Positions 44,704 to 55,418 of a stretch of 64,000 bases of DNA are shown piece after piece. The notes under the pieces are model-generated. The model saw nothing but the letters and a program-made list of their open reading frames with translations, had not been told where the DNA came from and did not search any database. The stretch lies in assembly GCA_020632535.1 (NCBI GenBank), contig JACKFJ010000004.1, forward strand, positions 105,514 to 169,513. The letters are read 5' to 3'. Position 1 is the first letter of the stretch. The number at the start of each line of letters is the position of its first letter. Source of the stretch: Candidatus Omnitrophota bacterium. Its GTDB lineage: Bacteria > Omnitrophota > Gorgyraeia > Zapsychrales > JANLHA01. Both the position numbers and the translations under genes were made by a program.

Positions 44704-46080
44704 CTACTTTTCTAATTTGAGGGCAACCATAATTAAACCAACAAAGAACCAATAGTACCAATTAAAAACCAGATAGTAGGCAAGATTATCCGAAATGCAA
44801 ATAAGAATATATGTGGCAACATAGCTCGCAAGCAAAGCTGATAATCGCGAAACTGTTGGATCGGTGCTTTCTTTCATCCTCTGCCAAAATATCCAGAATG
44901 GCGCAAAGAGAAGCATGCAGTAACTAATCAATGCGAATATTCCCGCCTCAAACCACGTCTCCACATACACATTGTGGGCACCAAATGCTTCACCCTGATT
45001 CGAAAAATTCGCCGACAAAATTCTAAAGGATGTTAAACCATATCCATGTAAAGGCTGCTTAAAAATTGCCGGAAAAGCAGATCCCCACGCCTGTAGTCGC
45101 CACGAAAACGAATTTTCGCCTTCATAGTTCTCGACGCCTTTGGAACCCATCATCGTCATTACCCGATCCTGAACTGCCGGAGTCAAAGCCGCCAATGAAC
45201 ACAGCAAAAGTAAAATAACAATAATTTTCTTTTCCTTAAGCCAGCCATAAATGAAAAAAACCATTAAAGCACTCAACCAAGCACTGCGCGTTTTAGCCGC
45301 GACAATAAGGACCAGCATATTAGCCATGCCGACATATAACCAAAACTTGATTTTGGGAGTAATTGCAATAAATTTTGATCGCAAAACAAGAAAGTATGTT
45401 GTCACCCCTAGTAATAAATAAAAAGCCAAAATATTAGGATGGGTAAATGACCCCATGATCCGACGGCCAGAGTCAGGATTGTAATACCGTCCACCTGTGG
45501 CCATATCAATATTGGCGACGATCATCGGCAGGATAAATGAAACCATAAAAACTTTAAGCCAAAAAACAAAATCCTCTTTGCGTTTAATCAACAAAAACGG
45601 CAACATCGCCATCGCAAAATAGCTGATGTGATTTAAGTACAGCCGTATCGCTCTTAAAACAAAAGGAGAATAGAAAATACTCGGCACAATCACGATCAAA
45701 AAAATCACCCATAAGCGCAAAAAGTTTTTGGGCGCGGGTATTTGTGTTGCATTTTGAAAATACAAAAAAACAAAAATAAAGATAATCGCTAAATTAAAAA
45801 TCGCCCCAAAACCCATGCCTTGCGAGCCACCCATTCGGGTACTTTCCAACATTTGATCGAGCAGTGGCCTTAAGATGATAATAATCACCAAAGCATTGCG
45901 CGGATTAATCACCATATACACCAAAAATAATAATCCAATCGGAAATAACACTAAAAGGCGAGAATTCGAGGCTATGAGCGGAATAATATCGACAAAAATA
46001 AAACCAACACAAATACTCAGCAAAAAAGTCAAAACGATACGCATGTCAAACTTTGGCAAGATTGGCATAAATTGTCTCAA
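44704..46080 (-). CDS. O-antigen ligase / polymerase-like membrane protein (Wzy_C family)
   Basis: About 11 TM segments and a large periplasmic loop region. The start is uncertain: TTG at 46080, ATG at 46068 or ATG at 46044. Confidence 0.7.
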   Translation of the reverse strand: MRQFMPILPKFDMRIVLTFLLSICVGFIFVDIIPLIASNSRLLVLFPIGLLFLVYMVINPRNALVIIIILRPLLDQMLESTRMGGSQGMGFGAIFNLAIIFIFVFLYFQNATQIPAPKNFLRLWVIFLIVIVPSIFYSPFVLRAIRLYLNHISYFAMAMLPFLLIKRKEDFVFWLKVFMVSFILPMIVANIDMATGGRYYNPDSGRRIMGSFTHPNILAFYLLLGVTTYFLVLRSKFIAITPKIKFWLYVGMANMLVLIVAAKTRSAWLSALMVFFIYGWLKEKKIIVILLLLCSLAALTPAVQDRVMTMMGSKGVENYEGENSFSWRLQAWGSAFPAIFKQPLHGYGLTSFRILSANFSNQGEAFGAHNVYVETWFEAGIFALISYCMLLFAPFWIFWQRMKESTDPTVSRLSALLASYVATYILICISDNLAYYLVFNWYYWFFVGLIMVALKLEK

Positions 46081-47197
46081 TGTTCTTTACTGTTTTTTGA
46101 ATATCAAACTTTTCTCGGCACGTCTCATATCCCGCTTCACCTAATGAGCGCTTTAAAGCCGGATCTTTTAAAATTTTGATAATCGCGTCCCCCCAGCCCT
46201 CTTCTGTAAAAGGATCCAAGAGCACACCGTTCTCCCAGTTTTTAATAAACTCACTATTACACCCAACATCTTGAGAAATCACAACGGGAACTTTCATACT
46301 CATGGCTTCCAAAATCGCGATGGAATGAAGCTCTAAGAATGAAGGCAGTAACATAATATCGCTCACCGCTAAAAGACGGCGAATATCGGCATGAAAACCA
46401 ATAAACTTGATATGACCGGATAAATGCCGACGCTCAACATGCTCCTCATACTCCTTAAGCAATGGCCCGTCGCCGGCGATCACAAAAACGGCGTGTCGGT
46501 TTTCTTTGATAACTCTTGCCGCAATATGAAAAATGATCTCAACATTCTTTTCGGGAGCAACGCGGACGGGCGTAAAAATAATTTTGGCATCAGACCGAAT
46601 GCCCAAACGCGCAGTAATCGTAATCCTTTCGTCAGATGTAACAGCAAAAGGAAATATCGGAATGCCATTTTGCAATTCGATAACTTTATCGTCGGGATAA
46701 AACCGGCTAGCCTTTAAAAAGGCGACATTTTGCTTAGTTAAGACAATGACCTTGTCAGCAATATTCTTAAAATACTTGATAAATTTAAACTGATTATTAA
46801 AACCACGACGTCGGGCAAAATCGGCGGGATCAGAATAACGAAAATCATGCACATGCTCGACACTCTTTTTGCCAGCAAGCTTCGCCGCGACCGCGCCCCA
46901 AATATGACCGCTAAAATTATGAGTATGAACAATATCAATCTTATTCTTTAAGAGATACCGCCAGACACGAACGATAATCAGTAAAGAAGCAAAACTTTTT
47001 ACTCGATGGCTTTTTTCGGCATATTTGAACAAGCGCGCGCCTGCTTGAACAAACTCGCGCTCCAACTCCCCGCCAAAAGAATAACCCACATGCATCTCAA
47101 ACTTTTCTTTGTCCGCGGCTTGCAGAAGATTAAGCAAATTGGTCTCTGCGCCGCCGAGATTAAGGGTTTTAATAATATGTAGAACTTTGATTTTCAA
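46046..47197 (-). CDS. glycosyltransferase family 4 (GT-B)
   Basis: MKIKVLHIIKTLNLGGAE N-terminus and the C-terminal EGFGIA-type region (LELHSIAILEAMSMKVPVV). Confidence 0.85.
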   Translation of the reverse strand: MKIKVLHIIKTLNLGGAETNLLNLLQAADKEKFEMHVGYSFGGELEREFVQAGARLFKYAEKSHRVKSFASLLIIVRVWRYLLKNKIDIVHTHNFSGHIWGAVAAKLAGKKSVEHVHDFRYSDPADFARRRGFNNQFKFIKYFKNIADKVIVLTKQNVAFLKASRFYPDDKVIELQNGIPIFPFAVTSDERITITARLGIRSDAKIIFTPVRVAPEKNVEIIFHIAARVIKENRHAVFVIAGDGPLLKEYEEHVERRHLSGHIKFIGFHADIRRLLAVSDIMLLPSFLELHSIAILEAMSMKVPVVISQDVGCNSEFIKNWENGVLLDPFTEEGWGDAIIKILKDPALKRSLGEAGYETCREKFDIQKTVKNIETIYANLAKV

Positions 47198-48057
47198 TTA
47201 AACCTATTGTCTGTAAATATCTTGTTAAATTGAGCCAAAACTTTTCCTAATTCAAATTGTTCATTGGCACGAATAACAGGAATAAGATCCGTATCGACCT
47301 GCCGATACAAAAGCGCAAGTTTATCAGCGCTAAAGCCAAAATCTTTTTTATAATCATTTTGATACCCATCATCGAGCAATTTACGTTTAAACAGCTCAAC
47401 AAATTTCTTATCGTAAAAATCAAATCCCGTTCCCGCAATATGTCCCAAATCATAAAAATCACGGATCGCGGCATCCTTACGCGATATGGCGGCTTTCAAT
47501 TTTTCAGCGACAGCCTCATTAAAAGACAGTGACAAGACTTTTCCCACCGGGAACAAATCTTCGCCGGTAAAGGGGTCCTGATAAAAATGTTTGATCACAA
47601 TATAAACAGGTTTATCAAGCGGCGGTTGACGCAGAGATATTTCCAATTTAACACTGTCGTCTTTGCCGGTTAGAAGGGATGGATATTTAACTTTAAACAC
47701 GTACTGTGTGGAATTATTAAAACCCTCCCCTTCTGGCTTGTCGCTCGTTAATCCAAGAGTCTTGAGAAAAAACGGCATTTTTTCGCGAATCGGCGTAATC
47801 GCTTTTGAACGCTGCGACCGTACTGTTAAGGGCTCGCTATACGTAAAATCCAAATCTTCGCTCAAGCGATGATAATCAAGGTGCGCCTTATTAAGCAATG
47901 TTCCACCTTTAAAAACAATTTTATCGCTCAACAGCTCTTGAATACGATTAAGAATAATGGTCAGATAATAATCCTTCTCCACGATCAGGGGACGAAATTT
48001 TAATTTCATCGCAACTGCAGGAATAATACTTTTTAATTTTTCGTTATCGGTTATCAA
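47194..48057 (-). CDS. AbiEii/AbiGii (DUF1814) nucleotidyltransferase toxin
   Basis: IVEKDYYLTIIL...FKGGTLLNKAHLDYHRLSEDLDF. The start is uncertain (TTG at 48057 overlapping the antitoxin stop, or ATG at 48009). 4-nt overlap with the downstream GT4 start. Confidence 0.75.
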   Translation of the reverse strand: MITDNEKLKSIIPAVAMKLKFRPLIVEKDYYLTIILNRIQELLSDKIVFKGGTLLNKAHLDYHRLSEDLDFTYSEPLTVRSQRSKAITPIREKMPFFLKTLGLTSDKPEGEGFNNSTQYVFKVKYPSLLTGKDDSVKLEISLRQPPLDKPVYIVIKHFYQDPFTGEDLFPVGKVLSLSFNEAVAEKLKAAISRKDAAIRDFYDLGHIAGTGFDFYDKKFVELFKRKLLDDGYQNDYKKDFGFSADKLALLYRQVDTDLIPVIRANEQFELGKVLAQFNKIFTDNRFN

Positions 48058-48829
48058 TGATCTTCCACTCCTTATTAATCTTGCCTTTGCGTGATTTGTT
48101 CGTTGGGTCCAAAACAATATTGGTCTCATCGCGAGCAAAACTCTTTCGCAGTTTTTCAAGTATGACTTTTTTGCATCCGATCGTCTCCAAAAAATACCCA
48201 GCCCTTTTACGCACAGAAACAACAGGAAATTTAATAAGATACCGGATCAATTTATCAAGATCTATCTCGGCAAGATTTTCTTTAAAGACATCCTCAATAC
48301 GACTAAAAGATCCAATGGGGTTGTAGACAAAATCGACCAATGTGCGTTCCTTATCGCTAATACAAATATCCACATCTTCGATTTTAATTTTTTGGATACC
48401 AAAATACTTCTTCTGATCGATCTTTAATGCCTCATACATGACATCACCAATTTTTTTGGTTATGCTTTTCTGCAAATTAAGAACAAAAATTGTTTGCGGA
48501 ATCTGTTCCGTAAATCCCCAATATTGATACATCGTATAATACCCAATATAGTATGGCGTCTCCCCCATCCACAAAGCGGCCACCACAAATTCGTTAGGCG
48601 ACCATTGTTGATTCGGGGCTTTCATAGGGACAACCAGATACTTGCCGCGCTGGATCTGGAAAAGCCGCCCTTTGCGAGTTAATGTATCTAAAACATCCGC
48701 TGACCTTTTAGGGCTGACAAATAATCGATTGGCAAAAGCGCTCGTGATGACTTTTTGTTGTTCAAACTCTGCACGAGAAATAAGGTACACTTCATCTTTT
48801 GATAGGTTGGGATATGAATTGGCTGCCAT
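48044..48829 (-). CDS. AbiEi family antitoxin / transcriptional regulator
   Basis: N-terminal wHTH-like region (VLDTLTRKGRLFQIQRGKYLVVP), C-terminal AbiEi_4-like domain, and pairing with AbiEii. Confidence 0.7.
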   Translation of the reverse strand: MAANSYPNLSKDEVYLISRAEFEQQKVITSAFANRLFVSPKRSADVLDTLTRKGRLFQIQRGKYLVVPMKAPNQQWSPNEFVVAALWMGETPYYIGYYTMYQYWGFTEQIPQTIFVLNLQKSITKKIGDVMYEALKIDQKKYFGIQKIKIEDVDICISDKERTLVDFVYNPIGSFSRIEDVFKENLAEIDLDKLIRYLIKFPVVSVRKRAGYFLETIGCKKVILEKLRKSFARDETNIVLDPTNKSRKGKINKEWKIIDNR

Positions 48830-48941
48830 TGTATTATTTTATGTTAATTCCTTAATATGGCGAATTACGTAATAATAATACAAATATACTCCCTAGGTTT
48901 TCATTTGTCAATACTCGACTCCTATTCGCTTCAAGGCGGGA

Positions 48942-49346
48942 TCAAGGCAGTTGTTTGATTGCCCAATCGTAAAATCTCTGTGCTTGCTTGGCTATTTCCA
49001 AAGATTCCTTTTCGGTAAAACTTCTCCGCTCATAGGTTATGGCGTTCTTTTTAGCTACAATTCTCCCATAAACATTACAGTACTGCTCCATGCTATCAAT
49101 TTGTATTTTTAAAAGAATCTCTTTAGCTAATCGATGATCGTCCGCAGTGGATCTCACACCCAAATAATTGGTAGTCAAGGCATCCCCTATGGATATAGTC
49201 GAATGAACGGCTGCAACTCCCATGGTATGCCAAAGACCTGCCTCCCGCGCGACTTCTATTCCATAATAGAAGTCTGTAGCTTTTAACTTAAAATCTTTAT
49301 AGTTACTTTTTTCTACTTGTTCCGTTTTGATGAATTTAGCGGACAT
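48942..49346 (-). CDS. HEPN domain protein (toxin of a HEPN/MNT pair)
   Basis: R-x(4-6)-H motif in GVRSTADDH. About 130 aa and helical. 11-nt overlap with the MNT gene. Confidence 0.7.
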   Translation of the reverse strand: MSAKFIKTEQVEKSNYKDFKLKATDFYYGIEVAREAGLWHTMGVAAVHSTISIGDALTTNYLGVRSTADDHRLAKEILLKIQIDSMEQYCNVYGRIVAKKNAITYERRSFTEKESLEIAKQAQRFYDWAIKQLP

Positions 49347-49959
49347 ATTTTGTTAACTCCTGGCCATAAATAAGATGATGGGATGACAAAATTGATTTTA
49401 TGACGGTTAAAGACTTATCTTTCTTAAAAGAAACTAGACTTTTTACATACGGCCCTAACATAATCCCATAAACTTTCATAAGCCTAGTCCCAACTTTTTC
49501 AATTTCTTCTTCAGCGACACTGACATTCTCCTCTTTGTCAACCAAAACAAAGATATCAAAATCACTACGACTACTATCTTCTTTTTCTTGAACACTCCCG
49601 AATAATACAACTGATAAAATGTTCTTTTTAATAGTCGACGATTCGATTTCTGTCTTTATTTGCTCAATGATCTCTTCCAAAAAGGTCTTTTCATTTTGGA
49701 ATAATGGTAATAATAAGCGCTTGGTAATCCATTTTTCCTTATTGATAGAATACCCGAATGAATTGCCATGCGAATTGACAGTAACCACTCCTTCATCCAC
49801 CAAAGCGCTTAAGGCCTTATGAATCGATCTTGGTGTTATTTTTAAAAATTTTGATAATTGTCTGCCGTTTAATTCGGCCGAGTAACTGCACAGATGCCGC
49901 AGGCACTCTACTTTGACCTTGCTGTTTAATATGCTACTTAAGGGGTTATTGACTTTCAT
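49336..49959 (-). CDS. minimal nucleotidyltransferase (MNT) with an N-terminal winged HTH
   Basis: VVLFGSVQEKEDSSRSDFDIFVLV (the G-S...D-x-D pattern). The N-terminal LSKFLKITPRSIHKALSALVDEGVV looks like an HTH. Confidence 0.7.
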   Translation of the reverse strand: MKVNNPLSSILNSKVKVECLRHLCSYSAELNGRQLSKFLKITPRSIHKALSALVDEGVVTVNSHGNSFGYSINKEKWITKRLLLPLFQNEKTFLEEIIEQIKTEIESSTIKKNILSVVLFGSVQEKEDSSRSDFDIFVLVDKEENVSVAEEEIEKVGTRLMKVYGIMLGPYVKSLVSFKKDKSLTVIKSILSSHHLIYGQELTKYVR

Positions 49960-50048
49960 ATCTTCTTGTATACCTTTGTATATATGTGTTTACCTATGTA
50001 TACATAAGGATACGTCCCGCGGAGCTCTTTGTCAAATTATTTTTTTGG

Positions 50049-51221
50049 TCATTTGCTTAATTCTCCATAAAGAACTTCGTACTTTTGAGCGATATGATCA
50101 ATATCGTACTTCTCTCGCACTCCAAACGAAGCCTTTTGAAGCCGGTCTTCATCAATTTGTAATATTTTGAGAGCCTTGTCCGCGAAGTCTTTGGGATCCC
50201 GCGTATTACAGATGTCAGAAATATCCTTGTTTTGTAAAATAAAATCTGTAACACCCTCGATGCTTAAAGCGACAACGGGAATCTGAGAGGCCATCGCTTC
50301 AATCATAACTGTGCCAAACCCTTCTGCTTTGGAACAAAATAAAAAGCAATCACTGGCACGCAGGTATTCGGGAGCATTATCAATTTTGCCCAAAAAAAGC
50401 ACATTAGTCAGGTTGCGCTCTTGTAAAAAGCGCGTCAGTTCACAATAAAAAGGATTGTCATTATTATTGTTCGGGCCCGCGATAAGTAAAACCGCATTAT
50501 CAATTTGCTTACTGATTATGTCCCATGCCTGCAGAAGAAAATCATAGCCCTTACGCGACTCAACCTGCCCGATTGAAATAAAAACCTTGCTAAACTTCTG
50601 TAAGCCTAATGTCTCACGTATTTTTATCTTTTCATCCAGAGGCACAGCAAAGAATTTTTTAATATTCAAGCCGTTATCAATCAAGGCGACTTTTTCCTCT
50701 GGGATTCCAGCCTCGAGAGACATATTCTTTAAGCCATGCGAGATGGCGGCAAAACGGTTAACATATCGCAAACCACGAAAATAAAACCAGCCCAATTTTT
50801 TGCGGCGCTTGAATGTCAAAGGATCGTCAGAACCCATCAATGTTAACTTTAACACGATTTTTTTCCCGAATAACCGCAGAATCGGAAAAATAAACATTTC
50901 CAACCCGCGTACCGAGTGAAAATGGATAATATCAATATCATTTCGCGAAATTGCGTGTAGCAGAATCTTTAAAACAAAAAGTGCTTCACTGCGCTTTGAC
51001 TCGAACTTTTGCGATGTTTGCAATCGATGAACCTTAAAACCGTCATAATCTTCAATTGTGGTTTTTTCGTTCAAATTATTCGTCAAAAACTCGATTTGAT
51101 ATCCTCGGGCACGCAAAGCCTTAGCTAAAGTCACAGCTTGAACCGCCGCACCACCAAAACGCGGCGGAAAAGCCATCGACACCATGAGGATTTTGTTCTT
51201 TCCTAAAGTATTTTCTTTCAT
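50049..51221 (-). CDS. glycosyltransferase family 4
   Basis: GT-B fold with the C-terminal motif SKAEGFGTVMIEAMASQIPVV. Confidence 0.85.
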   Translation of the reverse strand: MKENTLGKNKILMVSMAFPPRFGGAAVQAVTLAKALRARGYQIEFLTNNLNEKTTIEDYDGFKVHRLQTSQKFESKRSEALFVLKILLHAISRNDIDIIHFHSVRGLEMFIFPILRLFGKKIVLKLTLMGSDDPLTFKRRKKLGWFYFRGLRYVNRFAAISHGLKNMSLEAGIPEEKVALIDNGLNIKKFFAVPLDEKIKIRETLGLQKFSKVFISIGQVESRKGYDFLLQAWDIISKQIDNAVLLIAGPNNNNDNPFYCELTRFLQERNLTNVLFLGKIDNAPEYLRASDCFLFCSKAEGFGTVMIEAMASQIPVVALSIEGVTDFILQNKDISDICNTRDPKDFADKALKILQIDEDRLQKASFGVREKYDIDHIAQKYEVLYGELSK

Positions 51222-51234
51222 GAAGTAATAACTA

Positions 51235-52110
51235 TTATCGATTTAATTTAAATAAAAGAGTGCCCCACACACTTGTGATGTTGCACAAATACGCGACGGC
51301 CCAGATTTTCCAAAGCTTCTTTTCATAACCTTGTCCCGGCGCTCTGGTGTTGATCAATCTCAATATGCTCGAAGGTTTTTGCGGTAAAAGTTTTCGTACT
51401 AATATTTCTAAACGCTGAACAAAAGATTTATTTAATTTATCCCAAACCTGCGGATAACCTTTGCCAACACGTAAAGATTTCTTTAACAACTCCCTCAAAT
51501 CTCTTGTCGGATGTCGGACTATTGCGTCGGCCGCAAAAACGATGCGTGCCCCTTTTTTTGAGGCATCTGACGTCCACTGAATATCACCACCGGATTTAAC
51601 AGGTGCAAAGAGGCCAAAATCTTTAAAAAGCTTGGCTTTAACAAAAAGATTTGCGGTTGTAGACGCGCCCATCTCTTGAATCGAAACTTGATTTTGCATA
51701 CTCATCATCGAATCATAAATCTCTGCGGCTGTTTTTTGAGGGGAAAAGAAGAACTCCACTTTTCCACCCGCCATATCGGCACCTTGACTTTGTAAAGTAG
51801 CAACACCTTGCTTTAACCATTGCTTATCCGCGATGCAGTCTGAATCGATAAAAGCCAAGATATCACCATTAGCTTGGCCAATACCTATATTACGCGCCGC
51901 ATAAGAACTCTGCACTTTATCTTCCTGCAGTAAAATAACCGGATACTTTGCAATAACATCCTTGCTTTGATCTGTTGAACCATTATCCACAAGAATGACT
52001 TCATAAAGGTCTTTTGGATAATCTTGATTCAATAAAGAATCAATCAATAAACCAATTTTATTTTGGTCGTTAAACACTGGGGCTATTATTGAAACCATTG
52101 GTAAATTCAT
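51235..52110 (-). CDS. glycosyltransferase family 2
   Basis: VSIIAPVFND...ILVDNGSTD...FIDSD. Start taken at MNLPMVS. Confidence 0.8.
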   Translation of the reverse strand: MNLPMVSIIAPVFNDQNKIGLLIDSLLNQDYPKDLYEVILVDNGSTDQSKDVIAKYPVILLQEDKVQSSYAARNIGIGQANGDILAFIDSDCIADKQWLKQGVATLQSQGADMAGGKVEFFFSPQKTAAEIYDSMMSMQNQVSIQEMGASTTANLFVKAKLFKDFGLFAPVKSGGDIQWTSDASKKGARIVFAADAIVRHPTRDLRELLKKSLRVGKGYPQVWDKLNKSFVQRLEILVRKLLPQKPSSILRLINTRAPGQGYEKKLWKIWAVAYLCNITSVWGTLLFKLNR

Positions 52111-52117
52111 AAATCCA

Positions 52118-53455
52118 TTACGCCACGCAACTGGCGATCCAATCTCCATCTTTAATTAACTTTGCTTTGCCCTGATCGATCAAGTTTTTCATATACTCAA
52201 TCCCCGGCAAATCCATAAGAATCAACTCACATCCAAAATCTAAGCCTTCAAATACAGCCGTTGAAAAAACACCAACAAGATATTTTGACTCAGCCAATAA
52301 TTGATAAAGTGGAATTTTATTGTCAGCTAAGATTTCGACATTGGGCAACTGCTTTAATTTGACCAAATGCGGGTTATGCTCCCAGCTTCCATATTCACCG
52401 GGATGAAGTTTATATTTCACTTTATATCTGGTCAATCTGTCCATATTTGCTAAAACAGCTTCTGCTAATTTGTAACCAATAGCCCCCTGCGAAATCACAA
52501 CAATTTGATCCGAAGCTTTCTTAGAATCCACAAACTTTTGACGCTCGTGATCAAAATATTTAAAGCTATAATCCGCAATATCACTATCTTTGATCGGCAG
52601 TTTACTCATACCTTTCCAAAAATCTTTCCACACCCAAAATTGAGACGGAAAATACGCAACCTCTTTATTCGTGTTTGGAAAACTATATCCCAAGTGATAA
52701 TCACTAAATGTTCCGTGCTGAAGTTCGATAGTCTCTATCTTTAAATCTTTGGCGGCCTTGATCAAGGGTGCCATCCAACCGTAATTAACGATCAAAAAAA
52801 TCTTTTTAGGCTTCTTGTTCTGTAAAACTCTCTTAAAAATCCAGGAACTAATCTGAAAGCGCGGAAGTTCGGCGCTAAACTTTTGCCGCAAATCCATACG
52901 GACATTAAAATCTTTATTGATTCTTTCATTAATGCCCTGAATCTTCTCAAGCTCATCACTGCTGAGATTAACTTTGCAAAATTTTCGATAATAATTTAGA
53001 ACAATTTCAATAATCTCAAAATGTCGTCGTGGTCCCTCTTCCTGCGTAAAAAGTCTGTTTTCAAAAGTGCGTTCATAAGCCTGATAATTGACGCCTTGCG
53101 CTTTAAACTCATCAATTAGATATCTGGTATAAATATCTACTGTCTGATTTTCAACTGTAACCTTACGGACATGCGGAAAGACTAAAACATCACGTTGCGT
53201 GTGATCCAAGAGCGGATTAAGAGTTATCAAACTATTAAACAAACGCTGCAGTTTATAACTTAAATGTGTTGGTCGATTCTCTGGCGAGGTATGAAGTGAA
53301 AAGACGCCGGTCTTCTGAGCAATTTCGTAATAAATATTCATGCGTAAGAATTGCCAAATCTTTACGCCTTGGATTTCGAAGTCGAGCAGGTCAAATTCCT
53401 TTTCCAGCTCCCATATCTTTTGGCAGATATCTTTGACCGACTGCACGTGACTCAT
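52118..53455 (-). CDS. hypothetical polysaccharide-biosynthesis protein, possibly a sialyltransferase-like GT-B enzyme
   Basis: There is no firm motif. KYKLHPGEY (HP-like) and GVFSTAVFEG (S-S/T-like) recall bacterial sialyltransferase motifs. The gene sits in an operon with NeuB/NeuA-like genes. Confidence 0.3.
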   Translation of the reverse strand: MSHVQSVKDICQKIWELEKEFDLLDFEIQGVKIWQFLRMNIYYEIAQKTGVFSLHTSPENRPTHLSYKLQRLFNSLITLNPLLDHTQRDVLVFPHVRKVTVENQTVDIYTRYLIDEFKAQGVNYQAYERTFENRLFTQEEGPRRHFEIIEIVLNYYRKFCKVNLSSDELEKIQGINERINKDFNVRMDLRQKFSAELPRFQISSWIFKRVLQNKKPKKIFLIVNYGWMAPLIKAAKDLKIETIELQHGTFSDYHLGYSFPNTNKEVAYFPSQFWVWKDFWKGMSKLPIKDSDIADYSFKYFDHERQKFVDSKKASDQIVVISQGAIGYKLAEAVLANMDRLTRYKVKYKLHPGEYGSWEHNPHLVKLKQLPNVEILADNKIPLYQLLAESKYLVGVFSTAVFEGLDFGCELILMDLPGIEYMKNLIDQGKAKLIKDGDWIASCVA

Positions 53456-54732
53456 GTTTTTGTTAATCCTAGAATCTTTTTAAATTCAAACCATGGCATA
53501 GGATAAATCCGGCGAGCATACCACCAAGTTATTGAGAAAGTGCATACATATGCAATTAAAGTAGCCTGTGCCGCCCCAATAGCTCCGTTTGCTTTAATTA
53601 AGAAATAGTTCAAAATCAAATTAATACTAGCAGCAAAAAAAGTACTAAATCCCAAGAAATTTGTTTTACCCAAATGAATTAAATAATGCGACACCATTTT
53701 GTACATGCCGTCCATCGCATAACCCAGCGCAATCCATGGAATAAATATTGCAGCTCCATGGTAACTTTCAGCTGTCATGAACCTTAAAAGAAAAATAGAA
53801 ATAGCACTCATAATTAAAGCAAAAACAACTATGCCTATCTGATATAAATACGTGAACCTAACAATTTTAAGCTTCATCTCATCTGTAATACTGTGGAATT
53901 TTTCATGAATCCATGGTGACCAAGATTTGTTAAAAGAATCTGTAACCATACCAACAATCATCCCAAATGAGTAACCTACCGCATAAATTCCGACTGCACT
54001 TTTACCTACCATTTGATCGATAAAAAACCTATCGCTAATAAAAATGATCATCATCCCTAATGTGTGAGGTATTAGCGGAAGAGAGATTTTTAAGATTTCT
54101 TTAATCTTTTTTTTGTCATAATCAAAAACAAAATATCCTTTCCTACTAATATCACAAAAACTTATTCCTCCAAAAATAAGAGCCGCGCCAAACATTGCCA
54201 AAGCTCGGCCTTCCCAATTCATTAAAAATAGTACGACTAAAATCAAGGAGAGAATCAAGTTTGTAGCCGTGTAGCTAAGTTGAAAAGCACCAAATAAGAA
54301 AACTTTGTGCTCATTACGAAGCAGAGTTTGATGAAGCTGAAAAATCATACTTAGCGATGCCATAAAAAGGATCACAAAAACCCAACTTACAGGAATCCCA
54401 GCAATAGATGCACCAAAAAACGAATAAATTATTAAGCAAATACTTCCTAACAGTGTTGAGAACGATAAAATAACCAACATGTTACTCATTAACTTTGCTA
54501 ATTCTAACTTTGAAATCTTAAAGAAATTTCGTTGAATATGTATAGGCAGGCCAGCACCAATAACAGGATTTAGAAGTGTAACAATAGCTGTAAAAATTGC
54601 TAGAGTTCCGTAATCCCTAGGCTCAAGATATCTTGTTAAAATTGGTAACAGCAAAAACGGGATTAATTTATCAAGAATACTTGTACCCAAGTACACAGAT
54701 GATGACGCAAGAAGTCTTGATTTAAATTGCAT
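53452..54732 (-). CDS. Wzx-type oligosaccharide flippase (MOP/PST family)
   Basis: 426 aa, about 12 TM segments, and position in the EPS operon. Confidence 0.75.
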   Translation of the reverse strand: MQFKSRLLASSSVYLGTSILDKLIPFLLLPILTRYLEPRDYGTLAIFTAIVTLLNPVIGAGLPIHIQRNFFKISKLELAKLMSNMLVILSFSTLLGSICLIIYSFFGASIAGIPVSWVFVILFMASLSMIFQLHQTLLRNEHKVFLFGAFQLSYTATNLILSLILVVLFLMNWEGRALAMFGAALIFGGISFCDISRKGYFVFDYDKKKIKEILKISLPLIPHTLGMMIIFISDRFFIDQMVGKSAVGIYAVGYSFGMIVGMVTDSFNKSWSPWIHEKFHSITDEMKLKIVRFTYLYQIGIVVFALIMSAISIFLLRFMTAESYHGAAIFIPWIALGYAMDGMYKMVSHYLIHLGKTNFLGFSTFFAASINLILNYFLIKANGAIGAAQATLIAYVCTFSITWWYARRIYPMPWFEFKKILGLTKT

Positions 54733-55399
54733 TATTTCTCAAACTTTCAAGTTTCTTAAGGTTATCTTCCGTAAACTCACCTTGGAATAAACTGATATTA
54801 TCTTTAATGACTTTCTTATCTAAGTCCCACCATTTAATTTCTAACAATCGTTCGATAATCTTAGGTTCAAATCGATATTTAATAATCTTAGCAGGGACTC
54901 CGACCACAATAGCATACGGAGGGACGTCTTTGGTCACGACAGCACTTGCACCAATTATTGCTCCATGACCAATTTTAATACCCGGCATTATTACAGCATT
55001 TGCCCCGATCCAAACATCATGTCCAATAACCACTTTTTGATGAGTTTGCTTGCGCTCATTAACGAAATGCCCCATATGTGGGACATACGGAAAAGCACTC
55101 ACTGTAAGATGATTATACGGATGCGTTACCGCATTAATAGTGGCATCCCAAGAAATAGAGCAAAATGAACCAATCTCAGAGTGAGTAATCTTTGTATATC
55201 TACCAATTGAAGTAAATCTGCCAACGAGACTGGATCGAATTGATCCATGATGGGCAACTCTTGCCTCTTCTGAGAAAATAGAAGCTTGAATATCTACATG
55301 ATCACCGAAGTTGCATGTGGGATGAAGTTGATTTTTAAAATCCCTAAATTTCTTGTTACGTATATTTCTTTTTATTCTTTGTATTATCCGTTGAATCAT
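54722..55399 (-). CDS. hexapeptide-repeat acetyltransferase (CatB/Vat-like)
   Basis: Left-handed beta-helix repeats (IGHDVWIGANAVIMPGIKIGHGAIIGASAVV). Start taken at MIQRIIQ. Confidence 0.75.
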   Translation of the reverse strand: MIQRIIQRIKRNIRNKKFRDFKNQLHPTCNFGDHVDIQASIFSEEARVAHHGSIRSSLVGRFTSIGRYTKITHSEIGSFCSISWDATINAVTHPYNHLTVSAFPYVPHMGHFVNERKQTHQKVVIGHDVWIGANAVIMPGIKIGHGAIIGASAVVTKDVPPYAIVVGVPAKIIKYRFEPKIIERLLEIKWWDLDKKVIKDNISLFQGEFTEDNLKKLESLRNNAI

Positions 55400-55418
55400 C
55401 TCTATTCCTCTATACGTT

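Noticed and set aside
44345-44761. ORFs 44345..44677(+), 44393..44761(-), 44437..44646(-) and 44535..44720(+), including the FGDDKCEA x3 peptide repeat.
   Set aside because: They are produced by the 24-bp tandem repeat and REP units. All frames on both strands are open, which is typical of repeat DNA rather than a gene.
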